From positions 10,174 through 74,173 of the forward strand of contig JASHNV010000146.1 in the NCBI GenBank assembly GCA_030041455.1: a stretch of 64,000 bases of DNA, written 5' to 3'. Source of the DNA: Spirochaetia bacterium (lineage in GTDB: Bacteria > Spirochaetota > Spirochaetia > DAHUYW01). The stretch's first letter is position 1. The number at the start of each line of letters is the position of its first letter. Shown here in pieces: positions 9,221 to 17,835 of the stretch. Below the pieces are notes generated by a model that had not been told where the DNA came from, did no database searches, and worked only from the letters and a program-made list of their open reading frames with translations. Both the position numbers and the translations under genes were made by a program.

Positions 9221-9931
9221 CTAGTGCCCGGCCGCCGGCTGGCCGTAATACGCCCCCGCGCCGTGCTTGCGCTTGAAGTGCTTGTCGAGCAGATTCCGCG
9301 GGATCGCCTCAGGCTCCGGGTTGATGGCGTACGTCAAGGCCGCCATCTTCGCGATCTGCTCGAGGGCGATCGCGTTCGCGAGCGCCCCCGCGGCGCTCGG
9401 GCCCCACGCGAACGGCCCGTGATGCGGGAGCAGGATCCCGGGGACGTCGAGCGGATCGAGCCCGAGGCTCCGGAACGTCTCGACGATCACGCGCCCGGTT
9501 TCCCGCTCGTAGAACCGAAGCTCCTCGTCCGAGAGCCTCCGCGCGCAGGGAACCGGCCCGTAGAAATGGTCGGCGTGCGTCGTGCCGAGGCACGGGATTT
9601 CGCGGCCGCTCTGCGCCCAGCTCGTCGCGTAGGTCGAGTGGGTGTGCACGATGCCGCCGACCCCGCCGAAGGCGCGGTAGATCTCCGCGTGGGTCGGCGT
9701 GTCCGAGGAAGGGCTGAGCTCGCCGTCCGAGACCGTTCCGGTCGCGAGGGACACGATGACGATGTCGCGCGCGCGGAGCTTGTCGTAGGCGACTCCGCTC
9801 GGCTTGATCGCGAGGACCCCGGCCGCCCGGTCGAGGCCGCTCGCGTTGCCCCACGTGAGCACGACGAGGCCCGCCTCGACGATCTCCATGTTGACGCGGT
9901 AGACCTCCTCGCGCAGCCGAGCGAAGCTCAT
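9221..9931 (-). CDS. araD: L-ribulose-5-phosphate 4-epimerase
   Basis: 236 aa from MSFARLREEVYRVNMEIVEAGLVVLTWGNASGLDR...; class II aldolase/epimerase fold with HTHS motif (GGIVHTHSTYATSWAQ). The ATG at 9931 overlaps the araB TGA (ATGA). Confidence 0.85.
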   Translation of the reverse strand: MSFARLREEVYRVNMEIVEAGLVVLTWGNASGLDRAAGVLAIKPSGVAYDKLRARDIVIVSLATGTVSDGELSPSSDTPTHAEIYRAFGGVGGIVHTHSTYATSWAQSGREIPCLGTTHADHFYGPVPCARRLSDEELRFYERETGRVIVETFRSLGLDPLDVPGILLPHHGPFAWGPSAAGALANAIALEQIAKMAALTYAINPEPEAIPRNLLDKHFKRKHGAGAYYGQPAAGH

Positions 9932-11616
9932 AGTCCGCGCGCCTCGTCGCGAATGCGAAGAAGCTCCTTCATGACGTCGAAGAGGTTGTCGCGATACTCC
10001 CGCGTGCCGAAGATATCGTGGAGCTTCCGGTAGAGCCGGTAGATCCGATCGTAGACCCGGGCGCTCTCGCGCTCGGGCGTGTAGCGCCTCGGGAGCACGC
10101 CGGTCATCCTCGCCGCCGCGGCCTCGAAGGTGTCGTGGCCCCCCGCGCGCGCTCCGGCGACGACCGCGCCCGCCATCGCGGAGCCGAGCGCCGGGGTCTC
10201 CGTGCTCCGCGAGATTTCGATCGGGCGGCCCATGACGTCGGCGCAAATCTGCATGAAAAGGGGATTCTTCTGGGGGATCCCGCCGCAGGCGACGATCCGC
10301 TCGACCGAGACTCCGTACTCCTCGAATCGCTCGGCGATGATCCGGGAGCCGAAGGCGGTGGCCTCGATGAGGGCGCGATAGATCTCGGCGGCCGTCGAAT
10401 GGAGCGAGAGCCCGAGGATCAGACCGGTGAGCCGTTGGTCGACGAGGACCGTTCGGTTGCCGTTCTCCCAATCGAGGGCGAGGAGGCCGCTCTCGCCCGC
10501 CTTGAGCTTCGCCGCCTGCTCGCTCAAGCTCGCGTGGCTACCCCGCTCCTTGCCGCCGGGCTGGATGAAGCTTACGTACCAGTTGAAAATGTCTCCCACC
10601 GCGGACTGACCGGCCTCCAGGCCGAAGTTCCCCGGCAGGATCGACTCCGGAACGATCCCGCAGAGGCCGGGGATGTCCCTCATTCCCTTCGCGAGGGGCG
10701 ACACGAGGAGGTCGCAGGAGGAGGTGCCGATGTTCTTCACGAGCGTCCCCGGCTCGATCCCCGAGCCCACGCCGCCGACGTGGGCGTCGAAGGCGCCGAC
10801 CGCGACCGGAAGCCCCCGCGGGAGACCGAGCTTCTCCGCCCACTCGCCGCTCAGGAAGCCCGCCGCCTCCCGGATCGTGTGGACCTCGGCGGGGAGGCTC
10901 TCGCGGACGCGGGCGAGCTCCGGATCGAGCCGCGCGAGGAACTCAGCCTCGGGGTAGCCGCCCCAGTCCCGGTGGTACATCGCCTTGTGCCCGGCCGCGC
11001 AGATCCCCCGCTTCACCTGGTCCGGACGCGTCGTGCCGGTGAGCACCGCGGGAATCCAATCGGTGAGCTCGATCCAGGTGAAGGCCGCCGCGAAGACCTC
11101 GGGGGCGGTCCGCTTGCAGTGCAGGAGCTTCGCCCAATACCACTCGGAGGAATACACGCCGCCGCATTTCGCGAGGTACTGGGGTCGAATTTTCGCGGCG
11201 AGCTCGGTGATCTCCGCCGCCTCGGCGAACGCCGTATGATCCTTCCAGAGCCAGGCGAGCGCGGCCGGGTGGCTCCCGCGCTCAGGCGAGAAGGCGAGAG
11301 GCGTGCCGGCGCGATCGACCGGGATCGGCGTGCTTCCCGTCGTGTCGACGCCGATCCCGATCACCTGCTCGGCGGCGAAGCCCTTTCGGTCCCGCGCCTT
11401 TCGGAGGGCGTCGGTGATCGTCGCGACGAATCCGTCGACGTAGTCTTGGGGATGCTGGCGCGCGAAGTTCGGATCGCGCTCGTCGACGACCACGCCGTTT
11501 TCCCCGTGCGCGTAGCCCCAGACGCTCGAGGCGATCTCTTCGCCGGTCTGCGAATCCACGATGAGGGAGCGCACCGAATTCGTGCCGTAATCGAGCCCGA
11601 TCGCGAAGTTGCCCAC
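9928..11616 (-). CDS. araB: Ribulokinase (FGGY family)
   Basis: 562 aa, N-terminal FAIGLDYGTNSVRSLIVD and FGGY signatures (GTSSCDL..., ACGGIPQKNPLFMQICADVMGRPIE). GTG start 11616 with GAGGAG 8 nt upstream. Confidence 0.85.
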   Translation of the reverse strand: MGNFAIGLDYGTNSVRSLIVDSQTGEEIASSVWGYAHGENGVVVDERDPNFARQHPQDYVDGFVATITDALRKARDRKGFAAEQVIGIGVDTTGSTPIPVDRAGTPLAFSPERGSHPAALAWLWKDHTAFAEAAEITELAAKIRPQYLAKCGGVYSSEWYWAKLLHCKRTAPEVFAAAFTWIELTDWIPAVLTGTTRPDQVKRGICAAGHKAMYHRDWGGYPEAEFLARLDPELARVRESLPAEVHTIREAAGFLSGEWAEKLGLPRGLPVAVGAFDAHVGGVGSGIEPGTLVKNIGTSSCDLLVSPLAKGMRDIPGLCGIVPESILPGNFGLEAGQSAVGDIFNWYVSFIQPGGKERGSHASLSEQAAKLKAGESGLLALDWENGNRTVLVDQRLTGLILGLSLHSTAAEIYRALIEATAFGSRIIAERFEEYGVSVERIVACGGIPQKNPLFMQICADVMGRPIEISRSTETPALGSAMAGAVVAGARAGGHDTFEAAAARMTGVLPRRYTPERESARVYDRIYRLYRKLHDIFGTREYRDNLFDVMKELLRIRDEARGL

Positions 11617-11640
11617 CTGATGTCTCCTCGCCGGATATTA

Positions 11641-11653
11641 GTACAGCCTGTAC
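11641..11653. promoter_or_regulatory. Candidate AraR operator 1: palindrome GTACAG-C-CTGTAC
   Basis: Perfect 6+1+6 inverted repeat seen directly, about 25-38 bp upstream of the araB start, with the GTAC core shared with Bacillus AraR boxes. Followed immediately by a 10-nt repeat CTATCGTATC. Confidence 0.4.
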
Positions 11654-11668
11654 CTATCGTATCCGGAC

Positions 11669-11697
11669 ATCATAGCACGGTTACGATTGCGGCGCAA
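11669..11697 (-). promoter_or_regulatory. Putative araB operon promoter (minus strand: TTGCGC-17-TATGAT)
   Basis: On the minus strand, -35 TTGCGC (plus 11692-11697) and -10 TATGAT (plus 11669-11674) with a 17-nt spacer. Operator 1 lies just downstream of the predicted start site. Confidence 0.25.
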
Positions 11698-11713
11698 GGG
11701 AGAATCGGCATCG

Positions 11714-11742
11714 TTGACAGCCGCCCAAGGAGCGGCTATCGT
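11714..11742 (+). promoter_or_regulatory. Putative araR promoter (TTGACA-17-TATCGT)
   Basis: Consensus -35 TTGACA at 11714-11719, 17-nt spacer, -10-like TATCGT at 11737-11742 (part of the second CTATCGTATC repeat). Operator 2 begins about 9 nt downstream, consistent with autoregulation. Confidence 0.35.
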
Positions 11743-11750
11743 ATCAGTCG

Positions 11751-11764
11751 ATACAGCTTGTACT
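11751..11764. promoter_or_regulatory. Candidate AraR operator 2: imperfect palindrome ATACAG-C-TTGTAC
   Basis: Near-repeat of operator 1 (TACAGC[CT]TGTAC), 15 bp upstream of the araR start and preceded by the CTATCGTATC repeat. Together with operator 1 it gives a mirror-symmetric layout around position about 11700. Confidence 0.35.
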
Positions 11765-11778
11765 AACAGGACGCTGGG

Positions 11779-12876
11779 GTGAGAAAATACGAGCTAGTCG
11801 AGGATTGGGTTCGTACGAGCATCCGCGACAACCGCATCGCGCCGGGCGACAAGCTGCCGTCGGAGAGCCAGCTCTGCGCGCAGTTCGGAGTCTCGCGCAA
11901 CGCCGTCCGCCAGGCAATCCGAAATCTCGCCCACGAGGGATCGGTCGAGAGCGTCAAAGGGGTGGGGACCTTCTGCCGGAAGCGGCTCGCCAACTCGATG
12001 CTCTCCACGAACATCGGCTTCGTCTGCTTCTTCTCGGGCTCCTACATCTTCCCCGAGATCATCCGCGGCTGCGATCACGTCCTCTACCAGCGCGGCTTTC
12101 ACCTGCTGCTCAACCAGTCGGAGTACGATCTCGAGAAGGAGCGCGCCATTCTCGTCAATCTCAAGAAAAAGGGAGTCGACGGGATCATCATCGAGCCGGT
12201 CTTCGACGGTCACGGCCGATCAAACGCCGATCTCCTCGGCGAGCTTTCCGACCAGGGAACGCCGGTGGTGCTCATCGACAATTATTTCGCTTCCCCCGAG
12301 TTCAGCGTCGTTTCGCTCGACGACCGCCTCGGCGGTGCGGAGGCCGCCTCGTTCGTGTGGAACAAGGGCCACCGGCGCATCGGCGTGTTCTACCAGGCCG
12401 ACTACCAGGTGAAAATACTCAGGAAAGAGGGCGCCCTCGAGCGTCTCGCGCGGCTCGGCGCCGCCGTCCCGGACGCGTGGATCGTCGGCTTCAACGGCCA
12501 GGGGCCCGCAAGCGAGGCGCCGAGAGCGGCCGAGCGTTTCTTCGGCGCCTCGGTCGAGCTTCCCTCCGCGATGATCTGCAGCAACGACGAAGAGGCCCTT
12601 CACCTCATGCAGGCCGCGGAGCGCCACGGGATTCGCGTTCCCGACGATCTGTCGGTGGTCGGCTTCGACAACTCGAGCATCGCGCAGATCGGGCAGGTCT
12701 CCCTCACCTCGGTCCACCATCCGAGCTTCGCGATGGGGGAGACGGCGACCACGATCCTGCTCGAGAAGATCTTTCACCCGGAGCTCCGGTTCGTCACGCG
12801 GACCATCATTACCCCGACGCTCGTCGAGCGCTCCTCCGTCCGAACGATCGAGACCGAGGAGGTGGGCGTGCGATGA
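11779..12876 (+). CDS. araR: AraR-type repressor (N-terminal GntR HTH + C-terminal PBP1/LacI-type sugar-binding domain)
   Basis: N-terminal ...LPSESQLCAQFGVSRNAVRQAIRNLAHEG (GntR HTH). The rest (IGFVCFFSGSYIF...VDGIIIEPV...VVLIDNY...MICSNDEEALHLM...VVGFDNS) is a periplasmic-binding-protein type 1 effector domain. Divergent from araB. Confidence 0.8.
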   Translation: MRKYELVEDWVRTSIRDNRIAPGDKLPSESQLCAQFGVSRNAVRQAIRNLAHEGSVESVKGVGTFCRKRLANSMLSTNIGFVCFFSGSYIFPEIIRGCDHVLYQRGFHLLLNQSEYDLEKERAILVNLKKKGVDGIIIEPVFDGHGRSNADLLGELSDQGTPVVLIDNYFASPEFSVVSLDDRLGGAEAASFVWNKGHRRIGVFYQADYQVKILRKEGALERLARLGAAVPDAWIVGFNGQGPASEAPRAAERFFGASVELPSAMICSNDEEALHLMQAAERHGIRVPDDLSVVGFDNSSIAQIGQVSLTSVHHPSFAMGETATTILLEKIFHPELRFVTRTIITPTLVERSSVRTIETEEVGVR

Positions 12877-14417
12877 GGGACCTCCTCTGCGGGATCGACG
12901 TCGGCACGAACGGCGTCAAGGCGATGCTGTTCGACGCCGCAGGCGGGGTCAAGGGAGAGGGCCGGGCGGAGTACCCGACCGCGCATCCCGCGCCGGGCTG
13001 GGCGGAGCAGCTGCCCGAGGATTGGTGGACGGCGCTCTGCCGCGCGACTCGGCGCATGATCGAGTCGTCGGGCGCGGAGCCAGGCCGAGTCGGCGGGATC
13101 GCCGTGAGCGCCCAGGCGCCGACGCTGATCGCCCTCGACGGAGACGGGGAGCCGGTGCGGCCCGCGCTCATCTGGATGGACCGCAGAGCCGACCGCGAGG
13201 CGGAGAGGGTCGGCCGCTCGCTCGAAGCGGCCGGCCTCCACGCGCTCACCGGGAACCGCCCGGATTCCTTCTACGTCGCCGCGAAGATTCTTTGGCTCAA
13301 GGAGCGCGAGCCCGACCGTTTCCGCAGAACGCGCCGCTTCCTCCAGATCAACGGCTACCTCGGCTACCGCCTCTCGGGCCGATTCTCCCTCGACACCGTC
13401 CACGCGGGGCTCCTCCAGCTTCGCGCGTGGCCGGGCGGCTCGTGGATTCCGGAGCTCATGGCGCTCTGCGGGGTCGAAAGCGGCCAGTTCCCCGACGTGA
13501 GCGCGCCCCACGAGATCGTCGGCGAGGTGAGCGAGCGGGCCTCGGTCGATTGCGGCCTCGAGGTCGGCACGCCGGTGCTCGCCGGCACCGTCGACGGCGC
13601 GGCGGCGGCGATCGAAGCGGGCGCCGTGCTTCCCGGAGCGGCGGCCGAGATGACGGGAACCTCGACCGTGCTGCTCATGCCCAACGCCGGCGCGGCGACG
13701 GAGCCGAGCTTCATCGCGATGCCCCATGCCGTTCCGGGCGCGTACCTCCTCCTCGGCGCGATGTCGTCGACCGGCGCGTCGCTTCGCTGGTTTCGAGACG
13801 AGCTCGGCGCGGAGGCGGTCGCCTCCGCGCGCGCGCGGGGGATCGACCCCTACGAGGCGCTCGCCGAGGAGGCCGCCGCGAGCCCGCCGGGAAGCAACGG
13901 CGTTCTCTTCCTGCCGTACATGATGGGGGAGCGCTCGCCCCTCTGGAACTCGAACGCGCGAGGCCTTTTCTTCGGCATGACGCTCGGCACGAAACGCTCG
14001 GATCTCGTCCGCTCGATCCTCGAGGGGACCGCCTACGCGCTCAGGCACAACGTCGAGGTGGCGCGGACGGCGGGGGTGACGCTTTCCGAGCTCCGCAGCG
14101 TCGGGGGCGGCTCGCGAAGCCCGCTCTGGTGCCAGATCAAGGCCGACGTTCTCGGAGTTCCAGTCCACGTGCCCTCAAGCGCCGGGGGCGCTCCGTTCGG
14201 CGACGCCGTCCTTGTGTCCATGGCGCTCGGGCGCTGTCCCGACGTTCCCGGATACCTCGCGCGCGCCGTGCGGATCGCGAGGAGCCACCTGCCGAATCCG
14301 GCGCATCGTGCGCTCTACGACGAGCGCTACCGTCTTTTTCGCGAGCTCTACGAGGCGGTTCGAGGGGTTTTCGACCGGTCGGCCGAGGCGGAACGGGACG
14401 GGAGGCGCCAGACGTGA
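12873..14417 (+). CDS. FGGY-family carbohydrate kinase (xylulokinase/pentulose kinase-like)
   Basis: 514 aa starting MRDLLCGIDVGTNGVKAMLFD; FGGY motifs (GTSTVLL..., VGGGSRSPLWCQIKADVLG). ATG 12873 overlaps the araR TGA (ATGA) with GAGGAGG upstream. It lies inside a longer spurious track ORF (11805..14417). Confidence 0.8.
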   Translation: MRDLLCGIDVGTNGVKAMLFDAAGGVKGEGRAEYPTAHPAPGWAEQLPEDWWTALCRATRRMIESSGAEPGRVGGIAVSAQAPTLIALDGDGEPVRPALIWMDRRADREAERVGRSLEAAGLHALTGNRPDSFYVAAKILWLKEREPDRFRRTRRFLQINGYLGYRLSGRFSLDTVHAGLLQLRAWPGGSWIPELMALCGVESGQFPDVSAPHEIVGEVSERASVDCGLEVGTPVLAGTVDGAAAAIEAGAVLPGAAAEMTGTSTVLLMPNAGAATEPSFIAMPHAVPGAYLLLGAMSSTGASLRWFRDELGAEAVASARARGIDPYEALAEEAAASPPGSNGVLFLPYMMGERSPLWNSNARGLFFGMTLGTKRSDLVRSILEGTAYALRHNVEVARTAGVTLSELRSVGGGSRSPLWCQIKADVLGVPVHVPSSAGGAPFGDAVLVSMALGRCPDVPGYLARAVRIARSHLPNPAHRALYDERYRLFRELYEAVRGVFDRSAEAERDGRRQT

Positions 14418-15478
14418 GAACGTACCGCATGCTGGTCACCGCCCGCTTCGAGTCGAGCGAGCTCGATCGTATTCGGCGGTTTCTTTCCGGAGTCGAGCTC
14501 GCCGGGTACGGGGTGACCCGGGAGAAGCTGACCGAGGAGGAGCTCTCGACGGCCTTGCGGGGAGTCGACATCCTCGTTCTCGAGTTCGAGCCCGTGACCC
14601 GCCGCGTCCTCGAGGCAGCGGGCGACCTGAAGCTCGTCGGCTGCTGCCGGACCGGACCGGAGGCGAGCGTCGACATTCAGGCCGCAAGCGAGCTCGGCGT
14701 TCCCGTGCTCTATACCCCGGGCCGCAACGCGGTGTCGGTCGCCGAGTACACCTTCGCCCTCATGATCTCGGTCGCCCGCCATCTGCCCGAGGCGCACCGC
14801 CTCCTTCGCTACACCGACGAGCTCACCGGGGTCGACTACGGCGACGCGGCGGCGGACCGTCTCGGCGCGACCTCCGAGTGGAGCCTCGATCCGCGGGCGC
14901 CGTTCAACCGCTTCCAGGGGGCCGAGCTCTCGGGGAAGACGCTCGGGCTCGTCGGCTTCGGAGCGATCGGCAGGGAGATCGCGCGCCGGGCTCTCGCGTT
15001 CGACATGCGGGTTGCGGCCTTCGACCCCTACGTGCGGCCGGCCGAGGCCGCGGGGGCCGAGCTTCTCGATCTCGACGAGCTCGCGAGGCGATCGGACTTC
15101 CTCGTCATGGCCGCGAAGGTCACTCCCGAGACGGTCGGGCTCTTCTCCGCGCGCCACTTCGCGCTCATGAAGCGCACCGCGTACTTCATCAATACCGCGC
15201 GGGCCGCGCTTGCCGACTACCGGGCGCTCTACGCGTGCCTCGAGGAGGGGCGCATCGCGGGGGCCGGGATCGACGTGTACGACGAGGAGCCCATCCGGAG
15301 CGACAACCCCCTGCGGCGGCTTGCGAACGTCGTCCTGAGCCCGCACCTCGCGGGGGCGAGCTTCGACATCCCGCGTCATCATAGCCGCATCATGGTCGAC
15401 CAGCTCGAGGCGGCGCTCGGCGGCAGGCAGCCGAGCTTCCTGAAGAATCCCGAAGTCTGGCCACGGAGGCGCGCGTGA
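14414..15478 (+). CDS. D-isomer-specific 2-hydroxyacid dehydrogenase (NAD-binding)
   Basis: GLVGFGAIGREIARRA (GxGxxG), FDPY, VLSPHLAGAS motifs. GTG 14414 overlaps the kinase TGA (GTGA) with GGGAGG 8 nt upstream; ATG 14429 is an alternative. Confidence 0.75.
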   Translation: MRTYRMLVTARFESSELDRIRRFLSGVELAGYGVTREKLTEEELSTALRGVDILVLEFEPVTRRVLEAAGDLKLVGCCRTGPEASVDIQAASELGVPVLYTPGRNAVSVAEYTFALMISVARHLPEAHRLLRYTDELTGVDYGDAAADRLGATSEWSLDPRAPFNRFQGAELSGKTLGLVGFGAIGREIARRALAFDMRVAAFDPYVRPAEAAGAELLDLDELARRSDFLVMAAKVTPETVGLFSARHFALMKRTAYFINTARAALADYRALYACLEEGRIAGAGIDVYDEEPIRSDNPLRRLANVVLSPHLAGASFDIPRHHSRIMVDQLEAALGGRQPSFLKNPEVWPRRRA

Positions 15479-16233
15479 GCGAGGGAGTTGCGCGGAAGGC
15501 CCGCGTCGCGCTCGTGACCGGCGCCTCGCGCGGGATCGGACGGGCGGTCGCCCTCAAGCTCGGGCGGAGCGGCATCCCGGTCGCGGTCCATTTCCATCGG
15601 GACCGCGCCGCGGCGGACTCGCTCGTCGCCGAGCTTGAGAGCGCAGGCGGCCGCGCGGTCTCGATCCAGGCCGATCTCGCCCGACCACCCGAGAGCGCCG
15701 CTCTCGTCGCGGCCGTCCGAACGGCGCTCGGCGATCCCCTCATTCTCGTGAACAACGCCGGGGAGATGAGCGACTTCACGGTCGAGGCGATGCCGGAGGA
15801 GACCTGGGAGCGAACGCTGTCGCTCCATCTCGGCGCCGCCTTCAGGCTCTCCCAGCAGTGCCTCGCGGGAATGCGCGCGGCGGGCTGGGGGCGCATCGTG
15901 AGCCTCTCCTCGCAGGCCGCCTTCACCGGCTCGGCGCGCCACGCCCACTACGCCGCGGCGAAGGCAGGCCTTCACGGCTTCACCTATTCGCTCGCGAAGG
16001 AGGTCGGCGGCGCCGGCATCACCGCGAATCTCGTCGCCCCCGGCCGGATCGCGACCGAGCTTCTCCTCGAGCGCTCGGAGGGGAGGATGGAGGAGTGGCT
16101 CGCGCAGATTCCCTTGCGGAGACTCGGTACGGTCGAGGAGGTGGCCGACATCGTGGGATTTCTCGTTTCCGACGAGGCTTCCTACGTCAACGGCGCGACG
16201 TTCCACGTGAACGGCGGGCAGCTCATGTCGTAG
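15475..16233 (+). CDS. SDR oxidoreductase (FabG-like)
   Basis: ALVTGASRGIGRA, NNAG, YAAAKAG motifs. GTG 15475 overlaps the upstream TGA (GTGA) with GGAGG upstream. Confidence 0.8.
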   Translation: MSEGVARKARVALVTGASRGIGRAVALKLGRSGIPVAVHFHRDRAAADSLVAELESAGGRAVSIQADLARPPESAALVAAVRTALGDPLILVNNAGEMSDFTVEAMPEETWERTLSLHLGAAFRLSQQCLAGMRAAGWGRIVSLSSQAAFTGSARHAHYAAAKAGLHGFTYSLAKEVGGAGITANLVAPGRIATELLLERSEGRMEEWLAQIPLRRLGTVEEVADIVGFLVSDEASYVNGATFHVNGGQLMS

Positions 16234-16251
16234 CAGCCCGCAAGCGGTTGA

Positions 16252-16279
16252 TTTTCACCCGGCAACCGTGCACTATAAA
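16252..16279 (+). promoter_or_regulatory. Possible sigma70-like promoter (TTTTCA-16-TATAAA) for the receiver gene
   Basis: AT-rich patch gttgattttcacccggcaaccgtgcactataaacg in the 114-nt gap after the SDR stop. Weak -35. Confidence 0.2.
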
Positions 16280-16347
16280 CGAATCTTTCACCGGACGTCG
16301 TGGCCGAGCCGGGCGTCCGGGGTGAAAAGAAGGTGGGTACGACTGAG

Positions 16348-16758
16348 ATGAACGAAAAGAGGCCCGACGGCCTGAAGCCCGAAGGCAGCCCGTACCGAGT
16401 TCTCGTCATTGACGACTCTCTGTTCGTGCAGAAGCAGCTTGCGCAGATCCTTACCTCCGAAGGCTACGAGATTGCCGGGGCCGCGACCGACGGGAATCAG
16501 GGTCTTACGATGTACAAGGAGCTCCATCCGAACGTCGACATCGTCACGATGGACGTGACCATGCCCGGCGTGGACGGAATCAGCTGCCTCGAGAAGATCA
16601 TGGAGTTCGACAAGACGGCGAAGGTTGTCATGGTCAGCGCCCTCGGGAAACAGGACCTCGTGAAGAAGGCCTTTCTCCTCGGAGCGAAGAACTATATCGT
16701 GAAGCCGCTCGACCGCGAGAAGGTCCTCGAGCGCTTTCGCGCGATCGTCGGCGGCTGA
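16348..16758 (+). CDS. Single-domain CheY-like response regulator receiver
   Basis: RVLVIDDSLFVQKQ...DIVTMDVTMPGVDGIS...VVMVSALG...KNYIVKP: the canonical receiver residues (DD, phospho-Asp, T/S, K) are all present. ATG 16348. Confidence 0.8.
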   Translation: MNEKRPDGLKPEGSPYRVLVIDDSLFVQKQLAQILTSEGYEIAGAATDGNQGLTMYKELHPNVDIVTMDVTMPGVDGISCLEKIMEFDKTAKVVMVSALGKQDLVKKAFLLGAKNYIVKPLDREKVLERFRAIVGG

Positions 16759-16996
16759 CGCTTTCGAGAGGGGGGCTTTGCGGGGAAAGACCCTGCTCGA
16801 GCCGCCCTCTTCGCGCGGCTTCTCGCTCCTCCCTCTCCGTATGCTTTTTCTCGGACGCGCTCCCTTTTCCCTCGCGACAGGCGCGGGTCGTCGACCCTGT
16901 GCCTCCCGAGAAAGGCGTGGCGAGGAACGGACCGCGCGATCGCGAGCGGCGCGCGACCGATCCCCATCTTCTCGAGAGCAAGGAGCGGAATCTCCG

Positions 16997-17689
16997 ATGA
17001 AAGGCGAACGCGGCGATCGAGGCTCAACGACGGAGGGGCAACTCGCCTCCGCGAAGGGCCCGGGACCCATCCGAGCGGTCATCTTCGACTACGGCAACGT
17101 CTTGAGCTATGCCTTGGACCCCGGGAGCCGAAACGAGATGCAGCGTCTCGCGGGCGTTCCGGCCGATCGCTTCCAGGCCGCCTACTTTCGAGACCGAGCG
17201 GCCTACGACCGGGGCGACGCGAGCCTGCGAGACTATTGGACCGGCGTCATCGCGCCCTACGGCGCTCCGCCGAGCGACGAGCTTTTGCGGAAGCTCGTCG
17301 TCGCGGACGCGGAAGGCTGGATGCGCATTCGCGAGCCGATGGTCGCGTGGGCGAAGGCGCTCAAGGCGGCCGGGATACGGACCGCGATTCTCTCGAACAT
17401 GCCGATCGATCACCGGCACTATATCGTCGAGCGTCTCGCGTGGATCCGAGAGGTCGACGTGCGGGTGTTTTCCGCCGAGATCGGACGCGTCAAGCCCGAG
17501 CCCGAGATCTACCGGATCTGTCTCGAGCGGATCGGCCTCCCGGGAGCGGCGTGCCTCTTCATCGACGATCTTCCCGAGAACGTCGATGCCGCGCGGCGCG
17601 AGGGCATCTCGGGAGTGGTGTTCGAGTCCGAGCGGCAGCTTGCCGAGGTGATCGCGGGCCATCCTGAGCTTCCGGCCTTTGCGGGGTAG
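16997..17689 (+). CDS. HAD-superfamily hydrolase, subfamily IA
   Basis: From MKGERGD... (AGGAGCGG SD 9 nt upstream). AVIFDYGNVL (motif I DxG), ILSNM (motif II), K...FIDD (motifs III/IV). The track ORF's upstream 73 codons are low-complexity. Confidence 0.7.
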   Translation: MKGERGDRGSTTEGQLASAKGPGPIRAVIFDYGNVLSYALDPGSRNEMQRLAGVPADRFQAAYFRDRAAYDRGDASLRDYWTGVIAPYGAPPSDELLRKLVVADAEGWMRIREPMVAWAKALKAAGIRTAILSNMPIDHRHYIVERLAWIREVDVRVFSAEIGRVKPEPEIYRICLERIGLPGAACLFIDDLPENVDAARREGISGVVFESERQLAEVIAGHPELPAFAG

Positions 17690-17835
17690 TCGGGGTCGTA
17701 CGACACGCCGTCGAGCGCGATCGGGACCGAAGCCCGCCGATCGACGGCAGGGCGGCGTATCGAGAGAGATCTCCGCACGCACGAATCGTCGTCGTTCCCT
17801 CTCGTATCCTTCGTGCTGATTGAGGGTGTCGCGAA

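Noticed and set aside
11805-12872. 870-aa track ORF spanning araR and the kinase
   Set aside because: Its first about 356 codons are out of frame to araR (which has a clear GntR HTH) and are Arg-rich. Only the part from ATG 12873 is real.
13022-14413. N-terminal 464 codons of the 818-aa track ORF
   Set aside because: It is out of frame to the FGGY kinase and is low-complexity. The dehydrogenase starts at GTG 14414.
16778-16996. Upstream 73 codons of the HAD hydrolase track ORF
   Set aside because: It is low-complexity (RERRGEERTARSRAARDRS). The strong SD sits before the internal ATG at 16997.
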